From positions 1-43,729 of the forward strand of contig CANHCW010000002.1 in assembly GCA_947459165.1 (NCBI GenBank): a stretch of DNA of 43,729 bases. The letters are read 5' to 3'. The position numbers were made by a program, and so were the translations under genes. This DNA is from Flavobacteriales bacterium (GTDB lineage Bacteria > Bacteroidota > Bacteroidia > NS11-12g > UBA955). Below are positions 8,955 through 17,237 of this stretch, piece after piece. The notes below the pieces were generated by a model. The model had not been told where the DNA came from, searched no databases, and worked only from the letters and a program-made list of their open reading frames with translations. How positions within the stretch are numbered: position 1 is the stretch's first letter; each line of letters opens with the position of its first letter.

Positions 8955-9263
8955 TTAACAGGGCAGGCTCGGAGGGGCCTTATTGTGCAGCTGTTGAACA
9001 AAAATGCTTGGGGCCTCGCAGGGTTCAAAGCGAACAATACAAGTCAGATACCTAAAAAAAGGAGCAGGAATACTCAAATCAGCCGGAGAATCGGCCTGGA
9101 ATTCGTAACTACAGAAATGACAGTCTTCATTGAGTTCTATGCCGTCATGAATTTCTAAAAGTTCTTCGTGAGAATGACAATCGTGAACCCATTTTTTGGG
9201 CAGACTCAGAAAACCAAGACAGAAAATGAAAAGTAGGGCAATATGACTCCGTTTGCGGATCAT
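8955..9263 (-). CDS. Small exported Cys/His-motif protein (102 aa)
   Basis: Signal-like N-terminus (HIALLFIFCLGFLSL), then HDCHSHEELLEIHDGIELNEDCHFCSYEF and a C-terminal APPSLPC. Its ATG overlaps the stop of the upstream gene by 1 nt (TGATG). From memory it resembles the small HYC_CC_PP-type proteins found next to TBDRs in Bacteroidota. Membership is untested. Confidence 0.55.
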   Translation of the reverse strand: MIRKRSHIALLFIFCLGFLSLPKKWVHDCHSHEELLEIHDGIELNEDCHFCSYEFQADSPADLSIPAPFFRYLTCIVRFEPCEAPSIFVQQLHNKAPPSLPC

Positions 9264-9589
9264 CAGGCTTCCGATTGCATCAGGTTTGTCATTTCCCTGA
9301 GCTCGTCGCGATTGTATGTATTGTCTGATTTCTGCATCAATGCCAGCATATAGCTGAAGTTTTCTTCCTGTGTTTCTGCTTCTTCCAAATAGGAAATTTC
9401 AAAACCACCATTGGCTTCAAGGTGCTGCCAAGCCAAACGAAGGGCACGGGTAAGCAGTGGATCATTTTCCTTTAACGCATACTCTCTGGCTTTTTGCAGC
9501 TGAGAAATCATTGAGTCAGCGTCTATTCCGCTTTTGTCAACCGATTTTTGTATCTTAGCAAGTATGTCGTTGGCTTCTTTCGATTGCAT
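9263..9589 (-). CDS. Hypothetical helical protein (108 aa), first gene of the TBDR operon
   Basis: The track start at 9601 is a TTG lying inside a perfect -7 box. The first ATG is 9589 (MQSKEANDIL...). It has no signal peptide and is acidic and helical. It is translationally coupled to the next gene. Confidence 0.55.
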   Translation of the reverse strand: MQSKEANDILAKIQKSVDKSGIDADSMISQLQKAREYALKENDPLLTRALRLAWQHLEANGGFEISYLEEAETQEENFSYMLALMQKSDNTYNRDELREMTNLMQSEA

Positions 9590-9598
9590 AATGAAGCG

Positions 9599-9606
9599 CA
9601 AAGATA
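9599..9606 (-). promoter_or_regulatory. -7 promoter box (TATCTTTG on minus strand) for the four-gene TBDR operon
   Basis: Exact TAnnTTTG match in the 36-nt gap after the EamA gene, ending 9 nt before the ATG at 9589. Confidence 0.45.
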
Positions 9607-9637
9607 ATCAAAACCTCATAATAGGCTGAAGAATTCC

Positions 9638-10534
9638 TTAGTCAGTTGAAGGAGTTTTTGATCTTCGTCCAAAAGAAACCATCCACACCCCAAATAAAAT
9701 CATGCCGGCATAGAAGCACTTTTCGAAGGTCAGAATGTCTCTGCCCAGAAAAACGGCGATAACGCTTGCAAGCAAAGGCTGAAGGTAAATGTAAACACCC
9801 ACAAGTGAGGAATTTGCTCTCTTCATTCCGTATGTATTGAGCAGGTACACCAAAAAACTTGTAAACAGCAATGTGTAGCCAATTTTCAACTCGATTTCAA
9901 AAGGAATATGCTGAAAAGAGCTTCCCAGAAGGGGAAAAAGACCCAAAGGGGCCATGTAAAGCACGCCCAGACCAAATGTAACCCTATTTACGGTTATTGC
10001 ATGGTATTTATTGGCCAGCTTTTTAGCAAGTATCAGGTATACTGCATAAAATGCGGCATTTACGGCTACACAAATGTCACCGGGCAGAGTAGCGGAAGAA
10101 AAGCCAACACCTTTGTTCCACATGAGCAAAAATGCGCCAAGCGCCCCCATTGCAATGCCGGTGATCAATTCCAAACCGGGTTTGCGCCTTTGGCTGAACT
10201 GTTCAAAAACGGCTACAAATATTGGCGTAACCAGCATCAAAACAGCACCGTTTATGGGTTTTGTCATGCTAAGGCCTTTGAAGAACAAGTACATGTTGGC
10301 GGCAGTGCCGAAGAATGCGCAAATGGCAAACCGCTTGAAGTCAGATTTCCATTCTACTTTTTCCTTCACAAATAAAAAGCCGCATAAACTGAATAAAGAG
10401 AAGGCTGTTACTACGCGCAGGAAAACGAAAGCCTCCGGGCTGAGGTAACCGGGCATGATTTGTCCCGCCCAGCTGAATAAAATGGCATACAATAAGGCAA
10501 CCAGAAATAGGGCTCCGTGAACCTTCAGGCCCAT
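9638..10534 (-). CDS. DMT-superfamily (EamA-like) transporter
   Basis: 298 aa with about ten hydrophobic helices arranged as two EamA-type halves. Confidence 0.8.
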   Translation of the reverse strand: MGLKVHGALFLVALLYAILFSWAGQIMPGYLSPEAFVFLRVVTAFSLFSLCGFLFVKEKVEWKSDFKRFAICAFFGTAANMYLFFKGLSMTKPINGAVLMLVTPIFVAVFEQFSQRRKPGLELITGIAMGALGAFLLMWNKGVGFSSATLPGDICVAVNAAFYAVYLILAKKLANKYHAITVNRVTFGLGVLYMAPLGLFPLLGSSFQHIPFEIELKIGYTLLFTSFLVYLLNTYGMKRANSSLVGVYIYLQPLLASVIAVFLGRDILTFEKCFYAGMILFGVWMVSFGRRSKTPSTD

Positions 10535-11262
10535 CCCTTCCTTTTTTTAATGTTCTCGTATGCTTTTTGCACGGCAATGAACTTTTCCTCGGCCGCCTTT
10601 TTCTCGTTCTCTGAAAGCCCCTGCAATCGGTCGGGATGAAAGCGCATAGCCATTTTACGGTAGGCTTTTTTTACTTCGTCTTCGCCGGCATCCGATGATA
10701 CATCAAGAATTTTAAAATCTGAATCGGGAGAGCTTACAAACATTGCCCGCAGGGCAAGAAAATCGGGAGTGGTGATGGCCATTTGCGTGGCGATGAAGTT
10801 CAGCAGTTGCAATTCGCTTGGATTGATTTCCGCATCGGCGCGGGAAATACGAAAAAGTATGTGAAGCAACTCCAGCCTTTGGCTGTATGCCATTCTGGCC
10901 CTTATGTGACGGCAAACCTGAGTCACATCCTGTGGCTCTTTCAGCATTTCCCTAAGTATAATGAGCAAGTTCGATGCCTTGTATTCGCCGTAGGTTCGCA
11001 CGAGCATGCGCTTTACCAGTTCCAGTTCACTCTTCATTGCTGAACCGTCGGCGTTCATTGTGGCGGCAATCAAAATCAGCAATTGATGAGAAAAGTCTGA
11101 AACGCCTTCATAATTGCCTGAAGTATTTCGTTCTGTTGATTCGCTGTTCGAATTCTGTTTTCCGGCATATTCAAGATACATGCCTATCAGAAAGCCAAAC
11201 ACCGCGGCTATGGGGCCTGCAGAAAGAAAACCGATGATTGCTCCAATGATGGCGAACGACAT
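10525..11262 (-). CDS. DjlA-like membrane co-chaperone (TM helix + TerB-like domain + C-terminal J domain)
   Basis: N-terminal TM helix (IIGAIIGFLSAGPIAAVFGFLIG) and a central TerB-like helical region. The C-terminal J domain carries the HPD motif (AYRKMAMRFHPDRL). The gene overlaps the EamA start by 10 nt. Confidence 0.8.
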   Translation of the reverse strand: MSFAIIGAIIGFLSAGPIAAVFGFLIGMYLEYAGKQNSNSESTERNTSGNYEGVSDFSHQLLILIAATMNADGSAMKSELELVKRMLVRTYGEYKASNLLIILREMLKEPQDVTQVCRHIRARMAYSQRLELLHILFRISRADAEINPSELQLLNFIATQMAITTPDFLALRAMFVSSPDSDFKILDVSSDAGEDEVKKAYRKMAMRFHPDRLQGLSENEKKAAEEKFIAVQKAYENIKKRKGWA

Positions 11263-11276
11263 AATCTTACAGTTGG

Positions 11277-12329
11277 TCAGGGTTTTTTTGCCTGCATTGT
11301 GAGTTCAGACATCGTTTTCATGCGGCTTTTAATGATTGAGCTTTGAATGACCCACAACTCCTTTTTATTGTCGATTTGAACCCAGAAAGTTTCTGATTCT
11401 TCACGGCGTGGACTGCCATCAGGCAGAACAGGGGTATAAGTTTCACTGCTGACGGCCATTTTGTATAATCGTATTGCCTTTTTGTTGCCGTCGCTGCTTG
11501 TAATTTCAATTTTAAAGAAATAGCCTGCGTTGATAATGCTGTCGCGCAGCGCAGGCTTGCGATTGATACCCGCTGTTTCACCATATTCTCTACTGAGATT
11601 CTGAAATCTTTCAAGGTACGACATTAAACGGGCATCGGGCACACCTGATACTGGTTGACCCTTCAAAGTAAACAAAGACGAAACGCCCTCTTTTTTTACA
11701 ATTTCAAAACCTTCCTTCGGGCTTTGGGGCCATTCCACTTTTACAGATTTTATCTTTTCGGCGGGAAGATCAATCAGGACGGGGCTTCTCCACGCATCGA
11801 AATCAATTGTAAAATAGGGTGTCAGGTATCCTTTGAAACCTCCAATGCCGGCTACAACCGGTCTTTCCATGGAAGTGTGATACATATAGGTGGCTTCCTG
11901 ACTTGGGGTGGGGTTTCCGGCATAAACGGTGTGCAGCTCTTCTTCGCCACTATAAAATACTGCTTTGATGCCATTGAGTTTTAAATCTCGGGTAACATTC
12001 TCATTTTCACCGTCCGATACCGGATTTTTGACTTCTATTCTGGACATAACCCAGAACAAAAGTTCACGAATGCTGTGTGTATCGGCAAATTCAACAGAAT
12101 GCTCATTTTTCACCATCCAGCGGTTCTCATTTTTGCTATCCCTATATAATATAATGTATGATAGTTTTTTGTTGTTGGGCGTAAGCAGGATTTTGGTAAC
12201 AGCTTTTGGATTCTTCAGACGCAGCACAGATGGATCGGTGTTACCGGTTCTGTTGGGATTTTGCCTCAATATAAAGAATAGGGCCACGATGGCTGCGAGA
12301 ATGCCAATGGCGATATAAATTCGCTTCAT
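11277..12329 (-). CDS. Membrane-anchored hypothetical protein, DUF4340-like
   Basis: Start is placed at MKRIYIAIGILAAIVALFFIL because a perfect TAACTTTG box ends 8 nt upstream. The track's 12398 start would lie upstream of that promoter. The family call is from memory of the general architecture only. Confidence 0.6.
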   Translation of the reverse strand: MKRIYIAIGILAAIVALFFILRQNPNRTGNTDPSVLRLKNPKAVTKILLTPNNKKLSYIILYRDSKNENRWMVKNEHSVEFADTHSIRELLFWVMSRIEVKNPVSDGENENVTRDLKLNGIKAVFYSGEEELHTVYAGNPTPSQEATYMYHTSMERPVVAGIGGFKGYLTPYFTIDFDAWRSPVLIDLPAEKIKSVKVEWPQSPKEGFEIVKKEGVSSLFTLKGQPVSGVPDARLMSYLERFQNLSREYGETAGINRKPALRDSIINAGYFFKIEITSSDGNKKAIRLYKMAVSSETYTPVLPDGSPRREESETFWVQIDNKKELWVIQSSIIKSRMKTMSELTMQAKKP

Positions 12330-12337
12330 AAAGGGGG

Positions 12338-12345
12338 CAAAGTTA
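12338..12345 (-). promoter_or_regulatory. -7 promoter box (TAACTTTG on minus strand) for the DUF4340-like / DjlA-like / EamA gene string
   Basis: Exact TAnnTTTG match, 8 nt upstream of the ATG at 12329. Confidence 0.45.
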
Positions 12346-12454
12346 ATAAGTTGTTGCGGCAGGGGAGGCCGGGTTGAAAAAAAACTGACCAAGTACAAAC
12401 AAGGTGCTTGATTTTGATGAGTTTGGGACTTTTAAAAAAAAGCCGGGGTATATG

Positions 12455-12484
12455 TTGACAAGTGGAAAAAAAACGCTATTTTTG
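12455..12484 (+). promoter_or_regulatory. Promoter of the tRNA-tuf operon (TTG-N19-TATTTTTG)
   Basis: A -33-like TTG (12455-12457) and an exact TAnnTTTG box (12477-12484) with a 19-nt spacer, about 45 nt upstream of the first tRNA. Confidence 0.6.
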
Positions 12485-12529
12485 CAGTCCTTTTTACGGG
12501 GCGTGTATTCGTTCCGCGTTCTTAAACAT

Positions 12530-12602
<73 letters not shown>

Positions 12603-12629
12603 CATCGCAACCGGATAGTTAATAAATCC

Positions 12630-12712
12630 GGGGAAATACCAGAGTGGCCAAATGGGGCAGACTGTAAATCTGCTGTCTTACGACTTCGGAGGTTCGAATC
12701 CTTCTTTCCCCA
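12630..12712 (+). tRNA. tRNA-Tyr (anticodon GUA)
   Basis: 83-nt class II tRNA with a long variable arm. Acceptor is ggggaaa/tttcccc and the anticodon loop is actGTAaa. Confidence 0.95.
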
Positions 12713-12734
12713 CACCTAAGTTCCGGTTGCAATT

Positions 12735-12807
12735 GCGGGAGTAGCTCAGTTGGTAGAGCGACAGCCTTCCAAGCTGTAGGTCGCGGGTTCGAGCCTCGTC
12801 TCCCGCT
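12735..12807 (+). tRNA. tRNA-Gly (anticodon UCC)
   Basis: 73 nt. Acceptor is gcgggag/ctcccgc and the anticodon loop is ccTTCCaa. It is followed by a genomically encoded CCA (12808-12810), the only tRNA here with one. Confidence 0.95.
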
Positions 12808-12858
12808 CCAGATCGGAGCCAGTTTCTTCATTGAAAAATGAAGAAGTTGCTTCAGCAA

Positions 12859-12930
<72 letters not shown>

Positions 12931-12968
12931 CAGAAACTTAGTAACAGAAACACAAACATCAAATCAAT

Positions 12969-14153
12969 ATGGCAAAAGAAACATTTGACCGTTCCAAACC
13001 TCACGTAAACATCGGAACGATTGGTCACGTAGACCACGGTAAAACCACTCTTACCGCTGCTATCACTACGGTGCTGGCTGACGCCGGTTTGTCGGAAAAA
13101 AGATCTTTCGACTCTATCGACTCAGCTCCCGAAGAAAAAGAACGCGGTATCACCATCAACACGGCGCATGTAGAATATCAGACTGCGAACCGTCACTATG
13201 CGCATGTAGACTGTCCGGGTCACGCTGACTATGTTAAAAACATGGTAACAGGTGCGGCTCAGATGGACGGTGCCATTTTGGTGGTAGCTTCAACTGACGG
13301 CCCCATGCCTCAAACCCGCGAGCACATTCTGCTTGCCCGTCAGGTGGGTGTTCCTCGTCTGGTGGTATTTATGAACAAAGTTGACATGGTAGACGACGAA
13401 GAACTGCTTGACCTGGTTGAGTTGGAAATTCGCGATCTGTTGAAATTCTATGAATTCGACGCTGACAACACTCCTATCATCCGCGGTTCTGCCCTTGGTG
13501 GTTTGAATGGTGATGGCAAGTGGGTTGACACGATCCGTCAGCTGATGGATGCCGTTGACAACTGGATTCCCGTTCCTCCCCGTCTGGTTGATCAGCCCTT
13601 CCTGATGCCTGTGGAAGATGTATTCTCTATCACAGGTCGTGGAACTGTGGCTACAGGTCGTATCGAACGCGGTGTAATCAAAGTGGGTGAGTCAGTTGAC
13701 ATCATCGGTTTTGGTGCTCACCTTACTTCCACCTGCACAGGTGTGGAAATGTTCCGCAAGCTGCTCGATCGTGGTGAAGCTGGTGACAACGCAGGTTTGC
13801 TGTTGCGCGGTATCGAAAAAACCGATATTCGTCGTGGTATGGTAATCTGTGCACCTAAGTCAGTATCTCCCCACAGAAAATTCAAAGCTGAGGTTTATGT
13901 ACTGAGCAAAGAAGAAGGTGGTCGTCACACTCCTTTCTTTAACAAATACCGTCCTCAGTTCTATTTCCGTACCACGGATGTAACCGGAGAAATTATGTTG
14001 CCTGAAGGAACCGAAATGGTTATGCCTGGTGACAACATCTCGATATCTGTTGAGCTGATTCAGCCCATCGCTATGGAAAAAGGTCTGCGTTTCGCGATTC
14101 GCGAAGGTGGCCGTACCGTAGGTGCTGGTCAGGTTACCGAAATCATCGAGTGA
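12969..14153 (+). CDS. tuf: Translation elongation factor Tu
   Basis: 394 aa with [18 protein letters not shown] and NKVD. It follows the Thr-Tyr-Gly-Thr tRNA set, exactly as in the E. coli thrU-tyrU-glyT-thrT-tufB operon. Confidence 0.99.
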   Translation: MAKETFDRSKPHVNIGTIGHVDHGKTTLTAAITTVLADAGLSEKRSFDSIDSAPEEKERGITINTAHVEYQTANRHYAHVDCPGHADYVKNMVTGAAQMDGAILVVASTDGPMPQTREHILLARQVGVPRLVVFMNKVDMVDDEELLDLVELEIRDLLKFYEFDADNTPIIRGSALGGLNGDGKWVDTIRQLMDAVDNWIPVPPRLVDQPFLMPVEDVFSITGRGTVATGRIERGVIKVGESVDIIGFGAHLTSTCTGVEMFRKLLDRGEAGDNAGLLLRGIEKTDIRRGMVICAPKSVSPHRKFKAEVYVLSKEEGGRHTPFFNKYRPQFYFRTTDVTGEIMLPEGTEMVMPGDNISISVELIQPIAMEKGLRFAIREGGRTVGAGQVTEIIE

Positions 14154-14170
14154 TCCTGAACAATTGACCA

Positions 14171-14198
14171 AAAAGGAAGCGGTTCGCCGCTTCCTTTT
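14171..14198 (+). terminator. Strong hairpin after tuf (terminator/attenuator or processing site)
   Basis: Perfect 12-bp stem (aaaaggaagcgg / ccgcttcctttt) with a UUCG tetraloop. The T-run is part of the stem. tRNA-Trp begins 2 nt later. Confidence 0.65.
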
Positions 14199-14200
14199 AT

Positions 14201-14271
14201 ACGGGCATAGTTCAATGGTAGAATAGAGGTCTCCAAAACCTTTGATCTGGGTTCGAATCCTAGTGCCCGTG
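14201..14271 (+). tRNA. tRNA-Trp (anticodon CCA)
   Basis: 71 nt. Acceptor is acgggca/tgcccgt and the anticodon loop is tctCCAaa. Confidence 0.95.
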
Positions 14272-14285
14272 CAAATAGAAGCGCA

Positions 14286-14483
14286 ATGTTTGAAAGAATC
14301 GGTAATTATTTCCGCGTAACCCGCGACGAGTTGGTAAACAAAGTCTCGTGGCCTACATGGAATGAACTCACGGAAAGCACCGGAATCGTTCTGGTGGCTT
14401 CCGTTCTGTTTTCATTGGTCATTTGGCTGATGGACAGCGGTCTTGGCGTTGCTCTAACCAATTTTTACAAACTTTTCAGATAA
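14286..14483 (+). CDS. secE: Preprotein translocase subunit SecE
   Basis: 65 aa with a single C-terminal TM helix, in the conserved position between tRNA-Trp and nusG. Confidence 0.9.
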   Translation: MFERIGNYFRVTRDELVNKVSWPTWNELTESTGIVLVASVLFSLVIWLMDSGLGVALTNFYKLFR

Positions 14484-14486
14484 GCA

Positions 14487-15041
14487 ATGACTGCGGCGGA
14501 AGAAAAGCACAAATGGTATGTTGTGCGTGCCATAACCGGACAGGAAAAAAAGGTTAAGCACAACATAGAAGTCGAGCTCGAAAGAGCCCGAAAGAGCAAT
14601 TATGTGCCCGAAATTCTCATCCCAACGGAGAAGGTTTATCAGATTAAGAATGGCAAAAAAGTGGTGAAAGAACGCAATGCTTTCCCGGGATACATTTTGA
14701 TTAATGCAGACTTCTCCGATCCTGAAGTGATTCCTTTGATCAAGTCGGTTTCAGGAGTAGTGGGTTTTTTAGGCAGCAAAGACAATCCTGTTGCACTGAG
14801 GCCCAACGAATTAAGTCGTATTTTGGGTACTGCCGATGAGCTCAGCGAAGGTGGAGCCACCGTTCAGGAAGAACAGTATTTGGTGGGTGAAGCTGTGAAA
14901 GTGATTGATGGTCCATTTAACGATTTTGACGGAGTGATTGAAGAAATCAACGACGAAAAGAAAAAGTTGAAAGTGATGGTTAAGATCTTCGGTCGCAGAA
15001 CACCACTCGAATTAAACTATAATCAGGTTCAAAAATTGTAA
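14487..15041 (+). CDS. nusG: Transcription termination/antitermination factor NusG
   Basis: 184 aa. It has the NGN domain ([15 protein letters not shown]) and a C-terminal KOW ([18 protein letters not shown]). Confidence 0.97.
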   Translation: MTAAEEKHKWYVVRAITGQEKKVKHNIEVELERARKSNYVPEILIPTEKVYQIKNGKKVVKERNAFPGYILINADFSDPEVIPLIKSVSGVVGFLGSKDNPVALRPNELSRILGTADELSEGGATVQEEQYLVGEAVKVIDGPFNDFDGVIEEINDEKKKLKVMVKIFGRRTPLELNYNQVQKL

Positions 15042-15052
15042 AAGTAACAGTA

Positions 15053-15490
15053 ATGGCAAAAGAGATAACAGGTTTCGTAAAACTCCAGGTGAAAGGTGGT
15101 CAGGCTAATCCTGCCCCCCCCATCGGCCCTGCATTGGGTTCAAAGGGTGTAAACATCATGGATTTTTGCAAACAATTCAATGCGCGCACTCAGGAAAAAA
15201 TGGGAAAAATACTTCCCGTAGTTTTAACTGTGTACGCAGACAAATCGTTTGATTTCATCATCAAAACTCCTCCGGTGGCTTCTCAGCTGCTTGAGGCAAC
15301 AAAAATTCAGAAAGGTTCTGCCGAACCCAACCGCAAGAAAGTTGGTTCTGTAAGTTGGGATCAGGTGAAGACCATTGCTACGGACAAAATGCCGGATCTT
15401 AATTGTTTTACCGTTGAATCAGCGATGAAACTGGTGGCCGGAACTGCCCGCAGTATGGGAATCACTATAACGGGAGATGCCCCTTTCTAA
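15053..15490 (+). CDS. rplK: 50S ribosomal protein L11
   Basis: 145 aa with [20 protein letters not shown]. Confidence 0.98.
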   Translation: MAKEITGFVKLQVKGGQANPAPPIGPALGSKGVNIMDFCKQFNARTQEKMGKILPVVLTVYADKSFDFIIKTPPVASQLLEATKIQKGSAEPNRKKVGSVSWDQVKTIATDKMPDLNCFTVESAMKLVAGTARSMGITITGDAPF

Positions 15491-15510
15491 AAAATTAAAG
15501 AAGCACGAAA

Positions 15511-16206
15511 ATGAAAGTTGGTAAAAAAAGAAAAGAAGCGCTTTCCAAATACGATAGCAGTAAAGCTTACGCATTGAAAGAGGCTTGCGAAATTGTGAAG
15601 AAAATTACTTCAACCAAATTTGATTCATCTGTAGATATCGATGTGCGCCTCGGCGTGGATCCAAAACAGGCCAATCAGATGGTAAGGGGTGTGGCTTCAC
15701 TGCCTCATGGATTGGGTAAAACTGTAACGGTTCTGGTGCTTTGCACTCCTGATAAAGAACAGGAAGCAAAAGATGCTGGAGCTGATCATGTAGGATTGGA
15801 TGACTACATTGAGAAAATTGCCGGTGGTTGGACTGATATCGATATCATCATTGCCGTACCAAGCGTAATGGCTAAACTCGGCCGACTGGGTAAGGTTTTG
15901 GGACCAAGAAACCTCATGCCCAACCCCAAAAGTGGCACAGTTACCATGGAAGTGGGTAAAGCCGTTACAGAGGTAAAAGCAGGTAAGATTGATTTCAAGG
16001 TTGACAAAACAGGAATCATTCACACCTCAATCGGCAAAGTGTCATTCGATGCGGATAAACTGAGTGAAAATGCTATCGAGCTTATTCAAGTTCTGAACAA
16101 GTTGAAGCCATCTGCCGCCAAAGGCACTTATTTCAAAAGCATCAATATGAGCAGCACCATGAGTCCGGGTGTAAATGTGGATGTTAAATCAATACCGGGA
16201 ATCTGA
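15511..16206 (+). CDS. rplA: 50S ribosomal protein L1
   Basis: 231 aa, L1 family ([15 protein letters not shown]...[15 protein letters not shown]). Confidence 0.98.
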   Translation: MKVGKKRKEALSKYDSSKAYALKEACEIVKKITSTKFDSSVDIDVRLGVDPKQANQMVRGVASLPHGLGKTVTVLVLCTPDKEQEAKDAGADHVGLDDYIEKIAGGWTDIDIIIAVPSVMAKLGRLGKVLGPRNLMPNPKSGTVTMEVGKAVTEVKAGKIDFKVDKTGIIHTSIGKVSFDADKLSENAIELIQVLNKLKPSAAKGTYFKSINMSSTMSPGVNVDVKSIPGI

Positions 16207-16208
16207 TT

Positions 16209-16727
16209 ATGAACAGAACAGAAAAACATGAAGTGGTTGCCGAACTGACGGAGACCTTCAAAGCAAACAATGTAGTGTACTTGGCCGATACCACGGGACT
16301 GAGTGCTAACCAAACCAATAAATTCCGCAGATTGTTGTTCCAAAGCGGCATCAGTATGCGCATGGCGAAAAACACACTGGTGAATATCGCTATGGAAAAC
16401 AGTGGTAAAGATTTCGGTGATTTGAAAGGTGCGCTGAAAGGTACTACCTGTGTGCTCATTTCGGAAAACATGAAAGCCCCGGCCACTGCAATTAAGGCAT
16501 TCCGCGACAAGGGTGACAAGCCCCAGCTTAAAGGAGCCTGGATTGACAGCAGCGTTTATGTTGGCGATCACCTGCTCAATGATTTGGTTAACCTGAAATC
16601 AAAAGAAGATTTGATTGGTGAGGTAATTGGATTGCTGCAGTCACCGGCTAAGAATGTGATCAGTGCATTGCAGAGCAACGCAGGACAAAAAGTGGCAGGA
16701 CTGGTAAAAGCCTTGTCGGAAAGATAA
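16209..16727 (+). CDS. rplJ: 50S ribosomal protein L10
   Basis: 172 aa. It starts 2 nt after the rplA stop and is in the conserved position before rplL. Confidence 0.95.
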   Translation: MNRTEKHEVVAELTETFKANNVVYLADTTGLSANQTNKFRRLLFQSGISMRMAKNTLVNIAMENSGKDFGDLKGALKGTTCVLISENMKAPATAIKAFRDKGDKPQLKGAWIDSSVYVGDHLLNDLVNLKSKEDLIGEVIGLLQSPAKNVISALQSNAGQKVAGLVKALSER

Positions 16728-16763
16728 TTTTAAAAAAACAAAAACACAAAAAACAATAAAACA

Positions 16764-17141
16764 ATGGTAGATCTGAAAGAATTCGCGAATCAGTTGGTTA
16801 GTCTCACTGTTAAAGAAGTAAATGAGCTTGCTCAAATACTTAAAGAGGAGCACGGCATTGAGCCCGCTGCTGCTGCTGTTGCTATAGCTGCCCCCGCCGC
16901 AGGTGGTGGAGCTGCTGCTGCAGAAGAGAAGACTGAATTTGATGTTATCCTGGCTAATGCCGGCCCCAACAAATTAAATGTGGTTAAGATTGTAAAAGAT
17001 CTGACCGGTCTGGGTCTGAAAGAAGCCAAAGATCTTGTAGACGGAGCCCCCAAAGCTGTTAAAGAAAAGGTTTCAAAAGCTGAAGCCGAAGATCTGGCAG
17101 CGAAACTGAAAGAAGCGGGCGCCGAAGTTGAGGTCAAGTAA
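16764..17141 (+). CDS. rplL: 50S ribosomal protein L7/L12
   Basis: 125 aa with an Ala/Gly-rich hinge and the C-terminal domain [22 protein letters not shown]. Confidence 0.98.
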   Translation: MVDLKEFANQLVSLTVKEVNELAQILKEEHGIEPAAAAVAIAAPAAGGGAAAAEEKTEFDVILANAGPNKLNVVKIVKDLTGLGLKEAKDLVDGAPKAVKEKVSKAEAEDLAAKLKEAGAEVEVK

Positions 17142-17165
17142 GCGTCATCCAAATTACTCCCAAAC

Positions 17166-17190
17166 GGCCCCGGATTTCCGCGGGCCTTTT
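17166..17190 (+). terminator. rplL-rpoB intergenic hairpin (partial terminator/attenuator)
   Basis: GC-rich stem ggccccgg/ccgcgggcc with one bulge, followed by TTTT. It sits where E. coli has the rplL-rpoB attenuator. I found no TAnnTTTG box between it and rpoB. Confidence 0.5.
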
Positions 17191-17237
17191 GGGCGTTTAA
17201 GAGCCATAAGTCCATTGTCTAACCAAAAATTAAAAAA

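Noticed and set aside
12619-12858. 79-aa minus-strand ORF spanning the tRNA-Tyr, tRNA-Gly and tRNA-Thr genes.
   Set aside because: It is antisense to three well-formed tRNA cloverleaves, so it is an artefact of a stop-free stretch.
16832-17215. 127-aa minus-strand Ala/Ser-rich ORF, and the GCT/GCC-rich tract at 16865-16925 that might look like a repeat.
   Set aside because: The tract encodes the normal Ala/Gly hinge of L7/L12. The antisense ORF is a consequence of that composition.
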